DNA of 64,000 bases from Bdellovibrionota bacterium (GCA_041739995.1 JBGSMV010000018.1:1-64000), one strand, 5' to 3'; counted from the first letter of the stretch, positions 19,591-29,166 are shown. The notes: generated by a model from the sequence alone, not told the origin. Made by a program: numbers and translations.

Positions 19591-20769
19591 ATGCCCCTAG
19601 TAATAAGCAAAGAGCAGAAAGCACTGCTGGAAGTGGTGCATCGCAAAGCCTCTGAATTAGGCTTTCGCACGTTTCTTGTGGGCGGGGTTGTTCGAGATCT
19701 GCTGCTTGGTTATTCCATTCAGGACAAAGATCTCGATGTGATTGTAGAGGGAAGGGCCGCAGAGCTGGCCGAGGCGTGTCAAAAGGAGTTGGGGGGAGAG
19801 GTAAAGCGCTTCGAGAAGTTTTCTACCGCGAAGCTGCTTCGACCAGCCCACTTCACTTCGGTAGCGGAGATTGACTTTGCCTCGACGCGTACCGAATTCT
19901 ACGAAAGACCGGGAGCGCTTCCGACCGTGAAGAGCTCCTCGATTATCGACGACGACCTCAGCCGACGGGATTTCACTGTCAACGCCATCGCCATTTCAGT
20001 ATCTGATGTCTTAAGAGTTTTTTCCGGTGAACATGCCAGCATTCCCAGTCCGGCTCAAATCTCGGATGTAGTGATTGATTTATTCGGGGGGATGAATGAT
20101 TTGGTGGAAAAGTGGATTCGCACATTACACATCCACAGTTTTAGTGATGATCCCACGCGGATATTTCGCGCGGCGCGTTATTGCGCACGTCTCGATGGGC
20201 GACTTGAGCGACGGACTGAGGAGGACCTCCAGCGTGCGCTGCAGGGGCGTTTTCTTGGCACCGTCTCGGCATTCCGGTTGTCTTCAGAAATTAGGAAGCT
20301 TGCATCAGAAACACGCTGGCTTGCGGCGAGCAAAATTTTGAACGATTGGGGGGTGTGGGGTCTCTTGTGGGGAGATGACGCGAGTTTGTTCGCCAGAGTG
20401 CTCAGCCAGTGGCAACGCATCTCTCGTCGCGAGGTGCCGGAAGTCGATTTGCCTGAAGTTATACCAGCAGCGGTGCTGCACCTGACACTTTTGACGGTTT
20501 GTAGTCCAGTCAACGAGGCAGAGCGCGATAAGTGGTTAAGTAGTTTGCAGCTTCCAAAGGCGCAGAGGCATTTGCTGGCAGATGTTTCTGGTAGAGTCCA
20601 TGACGCAGGGGGGCGCTACCTCGGAGACCTGAATGCTGGTCCGTTAGAGGGAGGCAGCGCACTGGCGCCTGCGTTACGAGCCTTGTTGATATTGGGGGTC
20701 TCTAGTGACCTCACGCGAGTGGGCCCTGAGGCCTCGCGAGACTTGCATAAATGGCTCCAGGAGTTGTGA
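19591..20769 (+). CDS. Class II tRNA nucleotidyltransferase (CCA/A-adding type)
   Basis: VGGVVRDLLLG, DKDLD, RTEFYERPGALP, DLSRRDFTVNA, SFSDDPTRIFRAARY. Confidence 0.9.
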   Translation: MPLVISKEQKALLEVVHRKASELGFRTFLVGGVVRDLLLGYSIQDKDLDVIVEGRAAELAEACQKELGGEVKRFEKFSTAKLLRPAHFTSVAEIDFASTRTEFYERPGALPTVKSSSIIDDDLSRRDFTVNAIAISVSDVLRVFSGEHASIPSPAQISDVVIDLFGGMNDLVEKWIRTLHIHSFSDDPTRIFRAARYCARLDGRLERRTEEDLQRALQGRFLGTVSAFRLSSEIRKLASETRWLAASKILNDWGVWGLLWGDDASLFARVLSQWQRISRREVPEVDLPEVIPAAVLHLTLLTVCSPVNEAERDKWLSSLQLPKAQRHLLADVSGRVHDAGGRYLGDLNAGPLEGGSALAPALRALLILGVSSDLTRVGPEASRDLHKWLQEL

Positions 20770-20809
20770 GCAAGGACCGGATCGTTAGGGACCAGCTCGC
20801 GCGGGAGCT

Positions 20810-22156
20810 TTGGCATTGAGTTCTATGACCTTTAATTTCAACCGACTCGTGCAAGAAACGCTTTCTCAACTCTACCCAGACTCGGGTGTCGAAGTTGACG
20901 GCGAGATTTTCCCTGATATCTCGGGACGATTTGGAGATGTGTCTATTTCGGTCGCCCAAACGTTAGCGCGACGGCTGCGGCGCGATGCCACGTCGATAGC
21001 CGGCGAGATTGCTGAACATTTAGCGCAACATCCACAAGTCAAAGCTGATCCTTCGAAGGGCTACGTCAACGTGCGTTTTACCGATCAACTTCTTGAAATA
21101 GAAACTCTCTTTGGGCGCGCTCCAGGACATTTCACTAAAGACGCCCTCAACGAAGAACGCTTGAATTCGCAGGGCATGAGAAACTGTTACGACATCAAGG
21201 TGATTCCTCCCGCTTTGCAACTTTCGCGTCTTGGTTTTGCGCGCATGCTGGCCTGCGCAGGCGTGCAGGCATTATGCCTGCGAAAGACCTACCCTCACGG
21301 ATTGGTGGAGGTCTCATTGTCGACTATGGAGATCCGGCATACAGTCGAGAATGTGGCGTCGGTAGTGCGGTTCATTCAGGCTGTTGTACTTGACGAGAGT
21401 GCAGGCCAACAGCTTGGCGAGCCGATCAACAAAGAATGCAGAGACGCTCAGAGCGCTTGGGGAGATGGTGGGAGTGCGGACGCTCTCTTTCGGCAATTTA
21501 TCTTCGTGGCTGATGATGCGCATAAGCAAGCAACGGCGGGGGATCATCCGGGGGTAGGCAATGTTTGTGCGGCTAATGATTTAGTCGCATGTTCTCAAGA
21601 GCTTCTTCTTCACACACCACCTGGAGAAGAGCACGTGCTCTTTGAATCGAATTGCGATCGATGGTGGCAGTCTTTTCTGCTACTAAGTATCAGCGACGTT
21701 CCAGGGAGAGAATTTATTCCATCGGCTTGCCAGCTTGGTGGTGATGAGGATGTAGTGACTCAGATCGAGAATCTGAGGAGTCGGTTGCAGCGACGGAGTA
21801 GTGCTTGGTCGTGCGGAGTGGATAGAGCGAAGGGAGAGAGACGTGTCCCGATCAACAGGTCAACTCACATGCCGTCAGATCCGGAACCTTCTGCGAAACG
21901 CTCAGGGGCGATTGTCTGTGAGCGTTCGGCCCTCGTTGCGGCGCTCGCACTTGCTCAAGCAATCCATAATGCGGCCGCTTATGGGCGGATCGAGGACCTA
22001 GGAGCTTTGCTTTTTCGTTTGCTGCGAGACGGGACAAGTCTCATGAATACCCGGTCCGATGAGGTGCTTGGAGCCTCGCCAGGAAATCCGCTTTCTTATG
22101 TGTATTCCTGTATTTATCAGGCTCTGGGAGATGTGCTAACAGTAGTTGAGCAATAG
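20810..22156 (+). CDS. Degenerate arginyl-tRNA-synthetase-like protein (no HIGH motif)
   Basis: N-terminus FGDVSISVAQTLARRLRRDATSIAGEI...GYVNVRF resembles the ArgRS N-terminal domain; C-terminus resembles a DALR domain; sits in the argS position upstream of a SPOR gene. Confidence 0.65.
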   Translation: MALSSMTFNFNRLVQETLSQLYPDSGVEVDGEIFPDISGRFGDVSISVAQTLARRLRRDATSIAGEIAEHLAQHPQVKADPSKGYVNVRFTDQLLEIETLFGRAPGHFTKDALNEERLNSQGMRNCYDIKVIPPALQLSRLGFARMLACAGVQALCLRKTYPHGLVEVSLSTMEIRHTVENVASVVRFIQAVVLDESAGQQLGEPINKECRDAQSAWGDGGSADALFRQFIFVADDAHKQATAGDHPGVGNVCAANDLVACSQELLLHTPPGEEHVLFESNCDRWWQSFLLLSISDVPGREFIPSACQLGGDEDVVTQIENLRSRLQRRSSAWSCGVDRAKGERRVPINRSTHMPSDPEPSAKRSGAIVCERSALVAALALAQAIHNAAAYGRIEDLGALLFRLLRDGTSLMNTRSDEVLGASPGNPLSYVYSCIYQALGDVLTVVEQ

Positions 22157-22350
22157 GCGCTTTTCTGTAGGGTTCAGGCTGGCTAAAACGCTGAGACCGC
22201 TGAATTATTGAACTTTTTGGCTGGACTCGAGGCCGAAATTTCCTACGGAGCCTCTTTGAGCGCTATTGTAAGGAAGGCAAAGAATCGAATATCTGTAGTT
22301 CGTCCGTTCAGGTAGAACGGCTAAAAGCGATAATTTTTTTGGGGATCCGT

Positions 22351-23418
22351 ATGGGAGTAGTACCTGGCCCACGCACAAGCCCGACTGTAAAGTCATCAGC
22401 GCAGTCGAGCCAGCGCTCTTTGAGGGCTTGGCAGATGAATCTCAGCGCAATGCAAGTCGCGCTCCTGTTGGGTGGGGTACTGGGAAGTCTTGCCTGTGCG
22501 TTCTATCTGGGATTCTTTTCCGGCCAGAAGGTGGGACTCGAAATGGCTCTTAGCAATAACCTCTCTGCGGCCATGCGGCTGCCAATTGGGGGGGAGGATG
22601 AGGAGTTGGGTGACGACCTCGAGGGTATTACCGATGTTTATGCCAAGCTTCGACAAATCGAGCTGCCCTCAGGAGAGTTCGACGAAGCGGTAGACTTTCT
22701 TCCGGGGAAGACCGCCGCAGCGCTTCAGGCGGAGCGTGATCAAGCTCAACGTTTCGAGAGCGAAACGGGACTCGCCGATTCCAAAGTAGAGGCGACGGCA
22801 AAGGCTAGTCTACAGGATGATTCGGATGTCGCAGCACTCTCAGGTGGGAAAACGAGATCTGCGAGCTTGGGGTCGTTAACTCAGAATGGCGCCGATTCGA
22901 AGGGCCAGGAGGAATCCTCAGGCGGTGTCGGAGCTCCAGCCAAATCCGATCGTGCGGGCGCGCCGGCAACGCTGGGTACTCTTGTAGATGACACGGCAAA
23001 GCGTGAAGTCGCGGCGCCTGTTGCTGTTGTGGTGGAGAAAAAGAATTCTGAGGTGGTAGCTAGAGTTCCGCCGCCGGTCGAAGTCGCTACCAAGCGAGAG
23101 GCGGTCCCCGAAAAGAAAATTTCCGCGAGCGTCGCGAGTGCGAACGTCTCTGGATCGCTTATCCGAGATCGGCTCCCGAGTGGGTGGTTCGCTCAGGTCG
23201 GAGCTCCGGACAACCGATCCGAGGCAGAACGAGTTGGAAGAATTCTGCAGAGTTCTGGTTTCCCGGTCGTAATTGAGAATGCGAAGGTAAGAGGGCAGGA
23301 GTATTTTAGAATTCTTGTGGGCCCGGAGCAGACGCGCCAACAGGCTGAGCGATTGATGGGGCAGCTAAAGCGTGAGTCGTCAGTGAAAGCAGATCCTTTT
23401 ATTCGCATGGTCCGCTAG
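22351..23418 (+). CDS. SPOR-domain cell-division protein (FtsN/DedD-like)
   Basis: Single N-proximal TM, low-complexity linker, C-terminal WFAQVGA...YFRILVGP. Confidence 0.88.
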   Translation: MGVVPGPRTSPTVKSSAQSSQRSLRAWQMNLSAMQVALLLGGVLGSLACAFYLGFFSGQKVGLEMALSNNLSAAMRLPIGGEDEELGDDLEGITDVYAKLRQIELPSGEFDEAVDFLPGKTAAALQAERDQAQRFESETGLADSKVEATAKASLQDDSDVAALSGGKTRSASLGSLTQNGADSKGQEESSGGVGAPAKSDRAGAPATLGTLVDDTAKREVAAPVAVVVEKKNSEVVARVPPPVEVATKREAVPEKKISASVASANVSGSLIRDRLPSGWFAQVGAPDNRSEAERVGRILQSSGFPVVIENAKVRGQEYFRILVGPEQTRQQAERLMGQLKRESSVKADPFIRMVR

Positions 23419-23741
23419 TGTCCCGAGTCAGAAGTGAATTGCATAATAGAAAAGCTGGTGGCTCGGGCCACTAGGCATAGTTGTTTTGACTCCGGACTCC
23501 TGTCCTTCGTCAAACTCGCTCCAAGCTCCGCTGGGGGCCCCGTGAACCCCAGCTCCGCGTCGCTCCAGCCCGCTGCGCTGGCTGTCCGGCCATCCATGGC
23601 CGGCTAGTGTGGTGAGCTTTCCTTCTGCAAGAATTCATTGACTCACCACACAAGTGTCCCGAGTCAGAAGTGAATTGCATAATAGAAAAGCTGGTGGCTC
23701 GGGCCACTAGACATAGTTGTTTTGACTCCGGACTCCTGTCC
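23415..23741 (+). mobile_element. Longer MITE-A-related element (23415-23654) plus a tandem truncated copy; 89-bp direct repeat
   Basis: 23417-23505 equals 23653-23741 with 1 mismatch; left end CTAGTGTCCCGAGTCAGAAGTGAATT, right end AATTCATTGACTCACCACACAAG; internal palindrome CCGGCCATCCATGGCCGG. Confidence 0.75.
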
Positions 23742-23747
23742 AACCTG

Positions 23748-23845
23748 ATAGGGTGCTGAGTTAGAAGTTCATTTAAGCATCTCGCTCGTTGCTCTCGCCG
23801 AATTCTTTGTGTGATTCATTAAATGTATTCATAAAGAGCGCAGCG
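23748..23845 (+). mobile_element. MITE family A, copy 4 (right end truncated)
   Basis: GTGCTGAGTTAGAAGTTCATTTAAGCAT...TTCATTAAATGTATTCATAAAGAG. Confidence 0.75.
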
Positions 23846-24380
23846 TTATTCTCCTATCTTCTTTGATTGAGCTTCGCAGTGTCGGCGATGTCAGAGAGGC
23901 GTTATTGTCCACCACGGACCGACTGTCTAGAAAGTCGCGCTGTGGCAAATGCATATGATTCGCTTGCTGGCGCCTTCTCTTGAGGCACTCAGGTAGGTGC
24001 TGAGAACTCCCGGCGACTCAGGAAAGAGCCTCGCCTGAAGGGCATGTTCGAGCCTCCAAATATTTTGCTTACTATTCATTGGTGAGTCTTTTGGGATATT
24101 GAGTGGAATCAGTAGATTAGAGCGAGTAGGTGTTTTACGTTTGTTGATGCAGAACGCGGGTTGAAAGATTTTCTGATATAAAATTCGGGGAGTTGCCGAC
24201 TATATCAATGCAACATGACTTTTCCGAAGCGGCTTGTGGCGCATACGAGTCGAACTTCATAGGGGACTCTCTAGCTTTGGTGGCTTATCGGAGCTCGTTA
24301 GTTTGAGCGGGGAGCCATGGACAGGCTTGTTCGGATACGAACTTTAGCTCCCTGAGAGGAGCGTTAAGCAGCGATTATCA

Positions 24381-26591
24381 ATGTCGACCGAAGATCTGCA
24401 AACCGAGGAACCCGTAGAGGAGGGTAGCGAGTCGAGCGTGATCACGATCGATCATGCTGCGCGTTCTGACATCGGAATGCGACGAGAGGAGAATCAGGAC
24501 TCATTCGGAATTATCGAGGGCGAAGGTTTTCGACTCTTTATTGTCGCAGACGGGATGGGTGGCGTGCAGGGCGGCGCGCTGGCGTCGTCAATCGCCGTAG
24601 AAACTCTCAAGGAGGAGATCTCCGCCGACGCAGTCCCAAGCTCTGACGACATGGTGACTGCGATCAAGAACGCCAATACGCGAATTTTTGATCGTGGCAA
24701 TAGCGAGCCTTCGCTCACCGGAATGGGCACCACGCTTGTCGCGCTTCTCTTTCATGGCACTCAACTCTCAGTCTTCAACGTTGGAGATTCGCGCGCATAC
24801 CGATTTCGCCACCAACAAGTCGATCAGCTTACCGAAGATCATACCTTGGTCATGGAACTTGTGCGCTCGGGATCAATCGACGAAGAGCAAGCGAAAAATC
24901 ATCCCGTATCCCACATGCTCACCCGATCTCTTGGCCCGGCAGAAGAAGTAGAGGTCGATGTCTTTGAAATCGATCAAGGGCCATTTCAAAGTGAAATGTT
25001 TCTGATCTGTTCTGACGGGCTCTACAATCTTGTGAAAGACGGCGAGATGCTGGCCCTGATGCTAGAGAATCGCTTAGATACCGCCGTCGATAAATTGATT
25101 GAGCTCGCGAACAAACGAGGGGGCTCAGATAATATCACGATTATCGCGGCTGAAACGGCTGAAGGGTTTCCCCTTCTTCCGGAGAATCTACTCCAAGCGG
25201 CTCTTGGGGAGAGCGACGAGCAGGGCATTGACGAAACTCAAGAGATCGAACCTGAGCAAGGAGAACAGGGAGCTGAGACCTCTGGACAGAATGCAGCTTC
25301 GTCTGGTCATGCCTCGAAGGACCCGAAGCAGGGCGAAAGCAGCTCAGACGGCGCCATAGACAAAGACTCATCAAAGGAGGCGGGCTCTCATTTTGGAGCA
25401 CATGCTAATGGCAGCAGCGATGCCGCCGGTGCGAAAACGGTGGGGTCTCGGCTTTCCATGGAGCAGCTGCGCTCGGCCTATGGCAATCCAGGGGCGACGG
25501 GATCTCCTGAGGGAGCGCGAACAGTTCATGAGCCTAAGGCCCGAATGGAGCGTTCACCGGAGGCTCGGAAAGAGCGAACTTCGAGACCTTCGGTTCTTCC
25601 GAAAAATGAGCCAAAAACCATATTTGGCTCCTATGGATCTGCGGTAGTGAGCCTTCTTGGGGCGGCTATTTGCGGCTACATGGTGAGTGTCCTTTTCAGA
25701 AGCCCTGAACCGTTTCCTGGGGAGGGGCTCTTAAGTTCTGCATCTTCCCGCTCAAGTGGTCACGCGGAGCCAGCCGGGCGCCGGGATTCAGGGTCAGGGC
25801 GTGGGTCTGATTCCACGCGCATGAACGCTCCGCCTTTTGAGGCTGGGGGAACAGGGGCTGAGATGTTCGGTGGAGGTTCTCTCGAGGCGGGGCTTTCGAC
25901 CATCGAACGTCGCCAGAAAACTTTGAGTTCAAAGCTTAGACGCGTGGAGGAGAAGATAGTTGCACTCGATGCTCCGCTGTCTGGTCAGGTTGGCCAATTG
26001 TTGATCGAGGCGACCCGTCAGCTCGAGTCCCTCGACCAAAAACTATCGGAAACAAAGGCGGATGTTGATGCCTTCGCGCGGCGTCTTGCGGTGTGGAATG
26101 GACGTCGGACCCGCTTGGAGTCGAGTGAACCCATTACAATGGTGTCAGAGATCGCCGTGAGTTCGGAAGAAGTGCGGCGTAAGAAGGAAGAATTTGAGGC
26201 AGCCACTTGGAAATATCTCAAAGAAGCCGAACGCCTTGAGTACTCTCCGAATGACGCTGAGTTGGCCAAGCGGGTCACGAGCCTTGTACGTGCGCGCAAT
26301 GATCGGATGGATGAGCTATTCGGGTCGCTGCGGGCAGCCGTCAACGATGGAATTCTTGATTCACAGCAAAGAATCTCGGATCTCACGGTGGAGGCAGATC
26401 GTATAGAGACGGAAATTCGAGGACTGCAGGATACGATCACGTTCTCTAAAGTGCTTTCCTCAGGAGACTCAAGCATTCGTACTTCCAAGCGCAACGAATT
26501 AGCCAAAGAGCGTGAAATGATTCTCTCAGAGTTGAACGAACTTAATCGTTTGGCTGAGACCTTGCCTGCGCTTCGCTTTGGCGGACGCTAA
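24381..26591 (+). CDS. PP2C/Stp1-family Ser/Thr phosphatase with TM helix and C-terminal coiled coil
   Basis: SDIGMRREENQD, VADGMGG, GMGTT, NVGDSRAY, LTEDH, CSDGL, GGSDNIT; hydrophobic segment near aa 420-440; heptad-rich tail. Confidence 0.92.
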   Translation: MSTEDLQTEEPVEEGSESSVITIDHAARSDIGMRREENQDSFGIIEGEGFRLFIVADGMGGVQGGALASSIAVETLKEEISADAVPSSDDMVTAIKNANTRIFDRGNSEPSLTGMGTTLVALLFHGTQLSVFNVGDSRAYRFRHQQVDQLTEDHTLVMELVRSGSIDEEQAKNHPVSHMLTRSLGPAEEVEVDVFEIDQGPFQSEMFLICSDGLYNLVKDGEMLALMLENRLDTAVDKLIELANKRGGSDNITIIAAETAEGFPLLPENLLQAALGESDEQGIDETQEIEPEQGEQGAETSGQNAASSGHASKDPKQGESSSDGAIDKDSSKEAGSHFGAHANGSSDAAGAKTVGSRLSMEQLRSAYGNPGATGSPEGARTVHEPKARMERSPEARKERTSRPSVLPKNEPKTIFGSYGSAVVSLLGAAICGYMVSVLFRSPEPFPGEGLLSSASSRSSGHAEPAGRRDSGSGRGSDSTRMNAPPFEAGGTGAEMFGGGSLEAGLSTIERRQKTLSSKLRRVEEKIVALDAPLSGQVGQLLIEATRQLESLDQKLSETKADVDAFARRLAVWNGRRTRLESSEPITMVSEIAVSSEEVRRKKEEFEAATWKYLKEAERLEYSPNDAELAKRVTSLVRARNDRMDELFGSLRAAVNDGILDSQQRISDLTVEADRIETEIRGLQDTITFSKVLSSGDSSIRTSKRNELAKEREMILSELNELNRLAETLPALRFGGR

Positions 26592-26637
26592 GGACCCAGT
26601 TGAAACTTCAGACAAATTTTGTGAGATGCTCCATCGC

Positions 26638-27039
26638 CTAAGGCGTGGCTTGTAGACCCCCCGAAGCGCTTTCCCACAGATATTCGCGCCCACTCCCTTT
26701 GGGATGTGATGAGGTCCCTGAGAAATCCTCCTCTTGAGCCTCAAACGAAATTTCGACGCCAGCAGAGAATCTTGCGATGCCGGGGAGCTGCTGACAGCCC
26801 TCTTGAACGCAGGAGAGGTAGTGTTCTGCTTCTGAGAAGTACATCTCTTGGGCAAGTGCGCCATTTCTTAGATCTTGCAACGCGCGCAGGTCGAAAGCGC
26901 GTGCGCGGTAGCGCGCGTACTGGGGGACGGCAATGGCGGTCAGACCTGAGACAATGGCTATTACGACTAAGAGTTCAACTAGCGAAAATCCACCCGCATA
27001 TGTGTGGATCCCGGGCTTTTTTAAACTTCTGTGGATCAT
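26638..27039 (-). CDS. Type IV pilin (PilA/PilE-like)
   Basis: GG|FSLVELLVVIAIVSGLTAIAVPQY, AQEMYFSE. Confidence 0.92.
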   Translation of the reverse strand: MIHRSLKKPGIHTYAGGFSLVELLVVIAIVSGLTAIAVPQYARYRARAFDLRALQDLRNGALAQEMYFSEAEHYLSCVQEGCQQLPGIARFSAGVEISFEAQEEDFSGTSSHPKGSGREYLWESASGGLQATP

Positions 27040-27268
27040 GGGAGAATCTCCAAGTATTGCTGGTCGCTCATTTGAACAACTCCTCTGAGGGGAGTGCCCT
27101 GCGGCGACCGGCAGGTTTATACGTAGGAGAGATTTTCGGAGATTATGCTCAAAAGTTGCGTAGCGGATTGCACCGGCTGAGAGCGTGCGGTGAACCGGTA
27201 ATGCGGAGAAACCTAAAGGGTTTGCCTGGCACGGGCGATATTGCTGCCGTGGCGAGAACTGTTCCTAG

Positions 27269-27411
27269 CGAGTGTCCTGAGTTAAGAGTTCGGCGAATAA
27301 TTCTCGCCGAGCTCGCTGCTCGCTTTGTGAATATATTTAATGAATTACACAATGAGTTCAGCGAAAACAGCGAGAAAAATACTTAAATGAACTTCTGACT
27401 CAGCACACGAG
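27269..27411 (-). mobile_element. MITE family A, copy 5 (inverted, 143 bp)
   Basis: AGTGTCCTGAGTTAAGAGTTC ... GAACTTCTGACTCAGCACAC. Confidence 0.88.
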
Positions 27412-27543
27412 GGGTCTGTGACACAGGCACAGGCGACGACGTCCCGCCGACTTGTCCCCCGTAGCGTGAGCGAAGGGCGAAGCCTCCTCCAATTAAGTAG
27501 CAGCACAGGAACATGTGGGTGGGCAAAGGCGGACCCGCACAAA
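27408..27543 (+). repeat. Intergenic repeat family B, copy 2
   Basis: Matches 6414-6579. Confidence 0.8.
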
Positions 27544-27579
27544 GAGAACTGTGGCACAGACTCCTCGGGAATCTTTTAG

Positions 27580-27676
27580 AAACTAAATCTTAGTGGTTTT
27601 TGAGGTCTTAGTGGGGCAAACAAACTCTAGAAATTGGCTTAATTTCGCTTAAACCACAAAGCGCACGAAGATATAA
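27580..27676 (+). repeat. Intergenic repeat family C, copy 2
   Basis: AAACTAAATCTTAGTGGT...GCAAACAAACTCTAGAAATTGGC...ACCACAAAGCGCACGAAGATA; close to 31795-31900. Confidence 0.85.
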
Positions 27677-27714
27677 AAATGGCTTCTTCGCAGGCCCCCT
27701 AGAACGCAGGCCCC

Positions 27715-29106
27715 CTAGAACGTGGAAAACCCTGGTGAGACATTGCCGCCAGGGTTTGCGGGACCTCGGGACCCAGGACGCATATTTTGCTGTGCCTCTT
27801 GTGGCGAGAGCGTGGGAAGCCCTTCGCTCATACGCGCCTGCTGAACCTCAGCAAATGTGCTACTGCGCTCCTTACGAACTGCCTCTATGCATTGCGGGGT
27901 AGGGAATCCTTCTCGGTGACAGATTGCGGTGGCCATGTCCTTCTCAGCAGACAAGGCTTCCTTTACAAAATACATACAGGCTTCGGATATTTGCCGCATT
28001 CGATAGTGTGCGGGGCCATAGGAACCCTGATCTCCTGCGGCCTCACCTTTGTCTGCGCCTTTTACCAAGGCGTCCACGTACTTTTCCACCGGAACATTCT
28101 GAGGAAGAGGTTGCGAGAGCAGGTGATCCTTGAATGCCTGGTCCTGAGCTTGTACAGGGGGAGCCTCCCTGAGTGCGAGGCGAGTCACTGAGCAGTTGAT
28201 GACAAGTAGTCTATTGAAGAGCGCCCGCATTTTGAGTTTATTTTGCAGACCTTCTTTGCCCTTTAGTGCTGCTCTTAGTGCCTTCGCTTGAGCGAGCAGT
28301 ACTGCGCTTGAATCCGCAATCGTTGCTCGAGTTCCTGGGCGCCGAGGATCCGTATCTGAGACACGATAGGGCTCTCCGAAAGGTCCAACCACCACATTAC
28401 GTGAGGCATCAAGGCAGTTTTTCGAGTCAATTCCATCTCGAGCACAAAAAGCTATCGGTGAAGCGCTGTCGATAGCGAAGACCTTTCGCACGTACTCCAT
28501 GCACTCCTCATTGCCAAGACCACCGGAAAACTGAAGGTCCACTAGCAATCGTGGCATGCACTTCAGTTCAACTACTCTTTCAAGGGCCATGAGCAAGGCG
28601 CCTCTGTTCTCGATCGAGGCATCCAGCGAATAGGTAGTTTCTGCAATTTCGACTTTCAATACCGCGCGATCAAGGGGCGAAGACGCACGAGGTTTGGTTG
28701 CTTGCTGCAATGCGGCGTCGAGGGGGGAGGGGGTGGTGTGAGAGAGCGTCAGGGGATCCTTCGGCGATTCAGTGTCTGACGAGAGTTCTTCGGAAGGGGC
28801 AGAGGCGCGCCTGGAAGTAGGAACTGGAGATGTCGAATCAGAGACCTCCTTTAGAGTGGACGGCTCAATAGCAGGGGCTTGAACGGCAGGGGCTTGAACA
28901 GCGTTGTCTGCATGTGCGGATTGCATCGGTGAACCGAATAGGAGGCCACTGAATAGGAGGGCACTGCATAGGAGGGCACTGCATAGGAGGCCACTGCATA
29001 GGATGCCACTGAGAAACGGCGATAGAAACCACTCTATGAGTGTCGAGGATTCAATCCGGGAAATCGGTGTCAATGCTCTCATAGTTTCTCGAGTTATTAT
29101 CGCCAT
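27715..29106 (-). CDS. Hypothetical exported Cys-containing protein (start uncertain)
   Basis: 463-aa ORF; hydrophobic signal-like segment ending AHA; Pro/Ser-rich linker; repeated CxRxG motif. Confidence 0.6.
   Translation of the reverse strand: MAIITRETMRALTPISRIESSTLIEWFLSPFLSGILCSGLLCSALLCSALLFSGLLFGSPMQSAHADNAVQAPAVQAPAIEPSTLKEVSDSTSPVPTSRRASAPSEELSSDTESPKDPLTLSHTTPSPLDAALQQATKPRASSPLDRAVLKVEIAETTYSLDASIENRGALLMALERVVELKCMPRLLVDLQFSGGLGNEECMEYVRKVFAIDSASPIAFCARDGIDSKNCLDASRNVVVGPFGEPYRVSDTDPRRPGTRATIADSSAVLLAQAKALRAALKGKEGLQNKLKMRALFNRLLVINCSVTRLALREAPPVQAQDQAFKDHLLSQPLPQNVPVEKYVDALVKGADKGEAAGDQGSYGPAHYRMRQISEACMYFVKEALSAEKDMATAICHREGFPTPQCIEAVRKERSSTFAEVQQARMSEGLPTLSPQEAQQNMRPGSRGPANPGGNVSPGFSTF
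28938..29011 (-). repeat. 15-bp in-frame tandem repeat x5 encoding (G/A)LLCS-like units
   Basis: ATAGGAGG(G/C)CACTG(A/C) units on the + strand. Confidence 0.85.
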
Positions 29107-29166
29107 ATTCTGACCAGCGCGAGAGAGTTAATAGGCCCAACGGTTAGAACGGAATTCCTAAATAGT

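Noticed and set aside
23415..23743. Short ORFs ending FTSDSGH (also TLNSGH ORFs at 27149 and 30441)
   Set aside because: They are translations of MITE terminal repeats, with no transposase domain
23850..24380. Riboswitch or ncRNA in the long spacer before the PP2C gene
   Set aside because: Only scattered short stems; no recognisable riboswitch consensus by eye (a cmscan would settle it)
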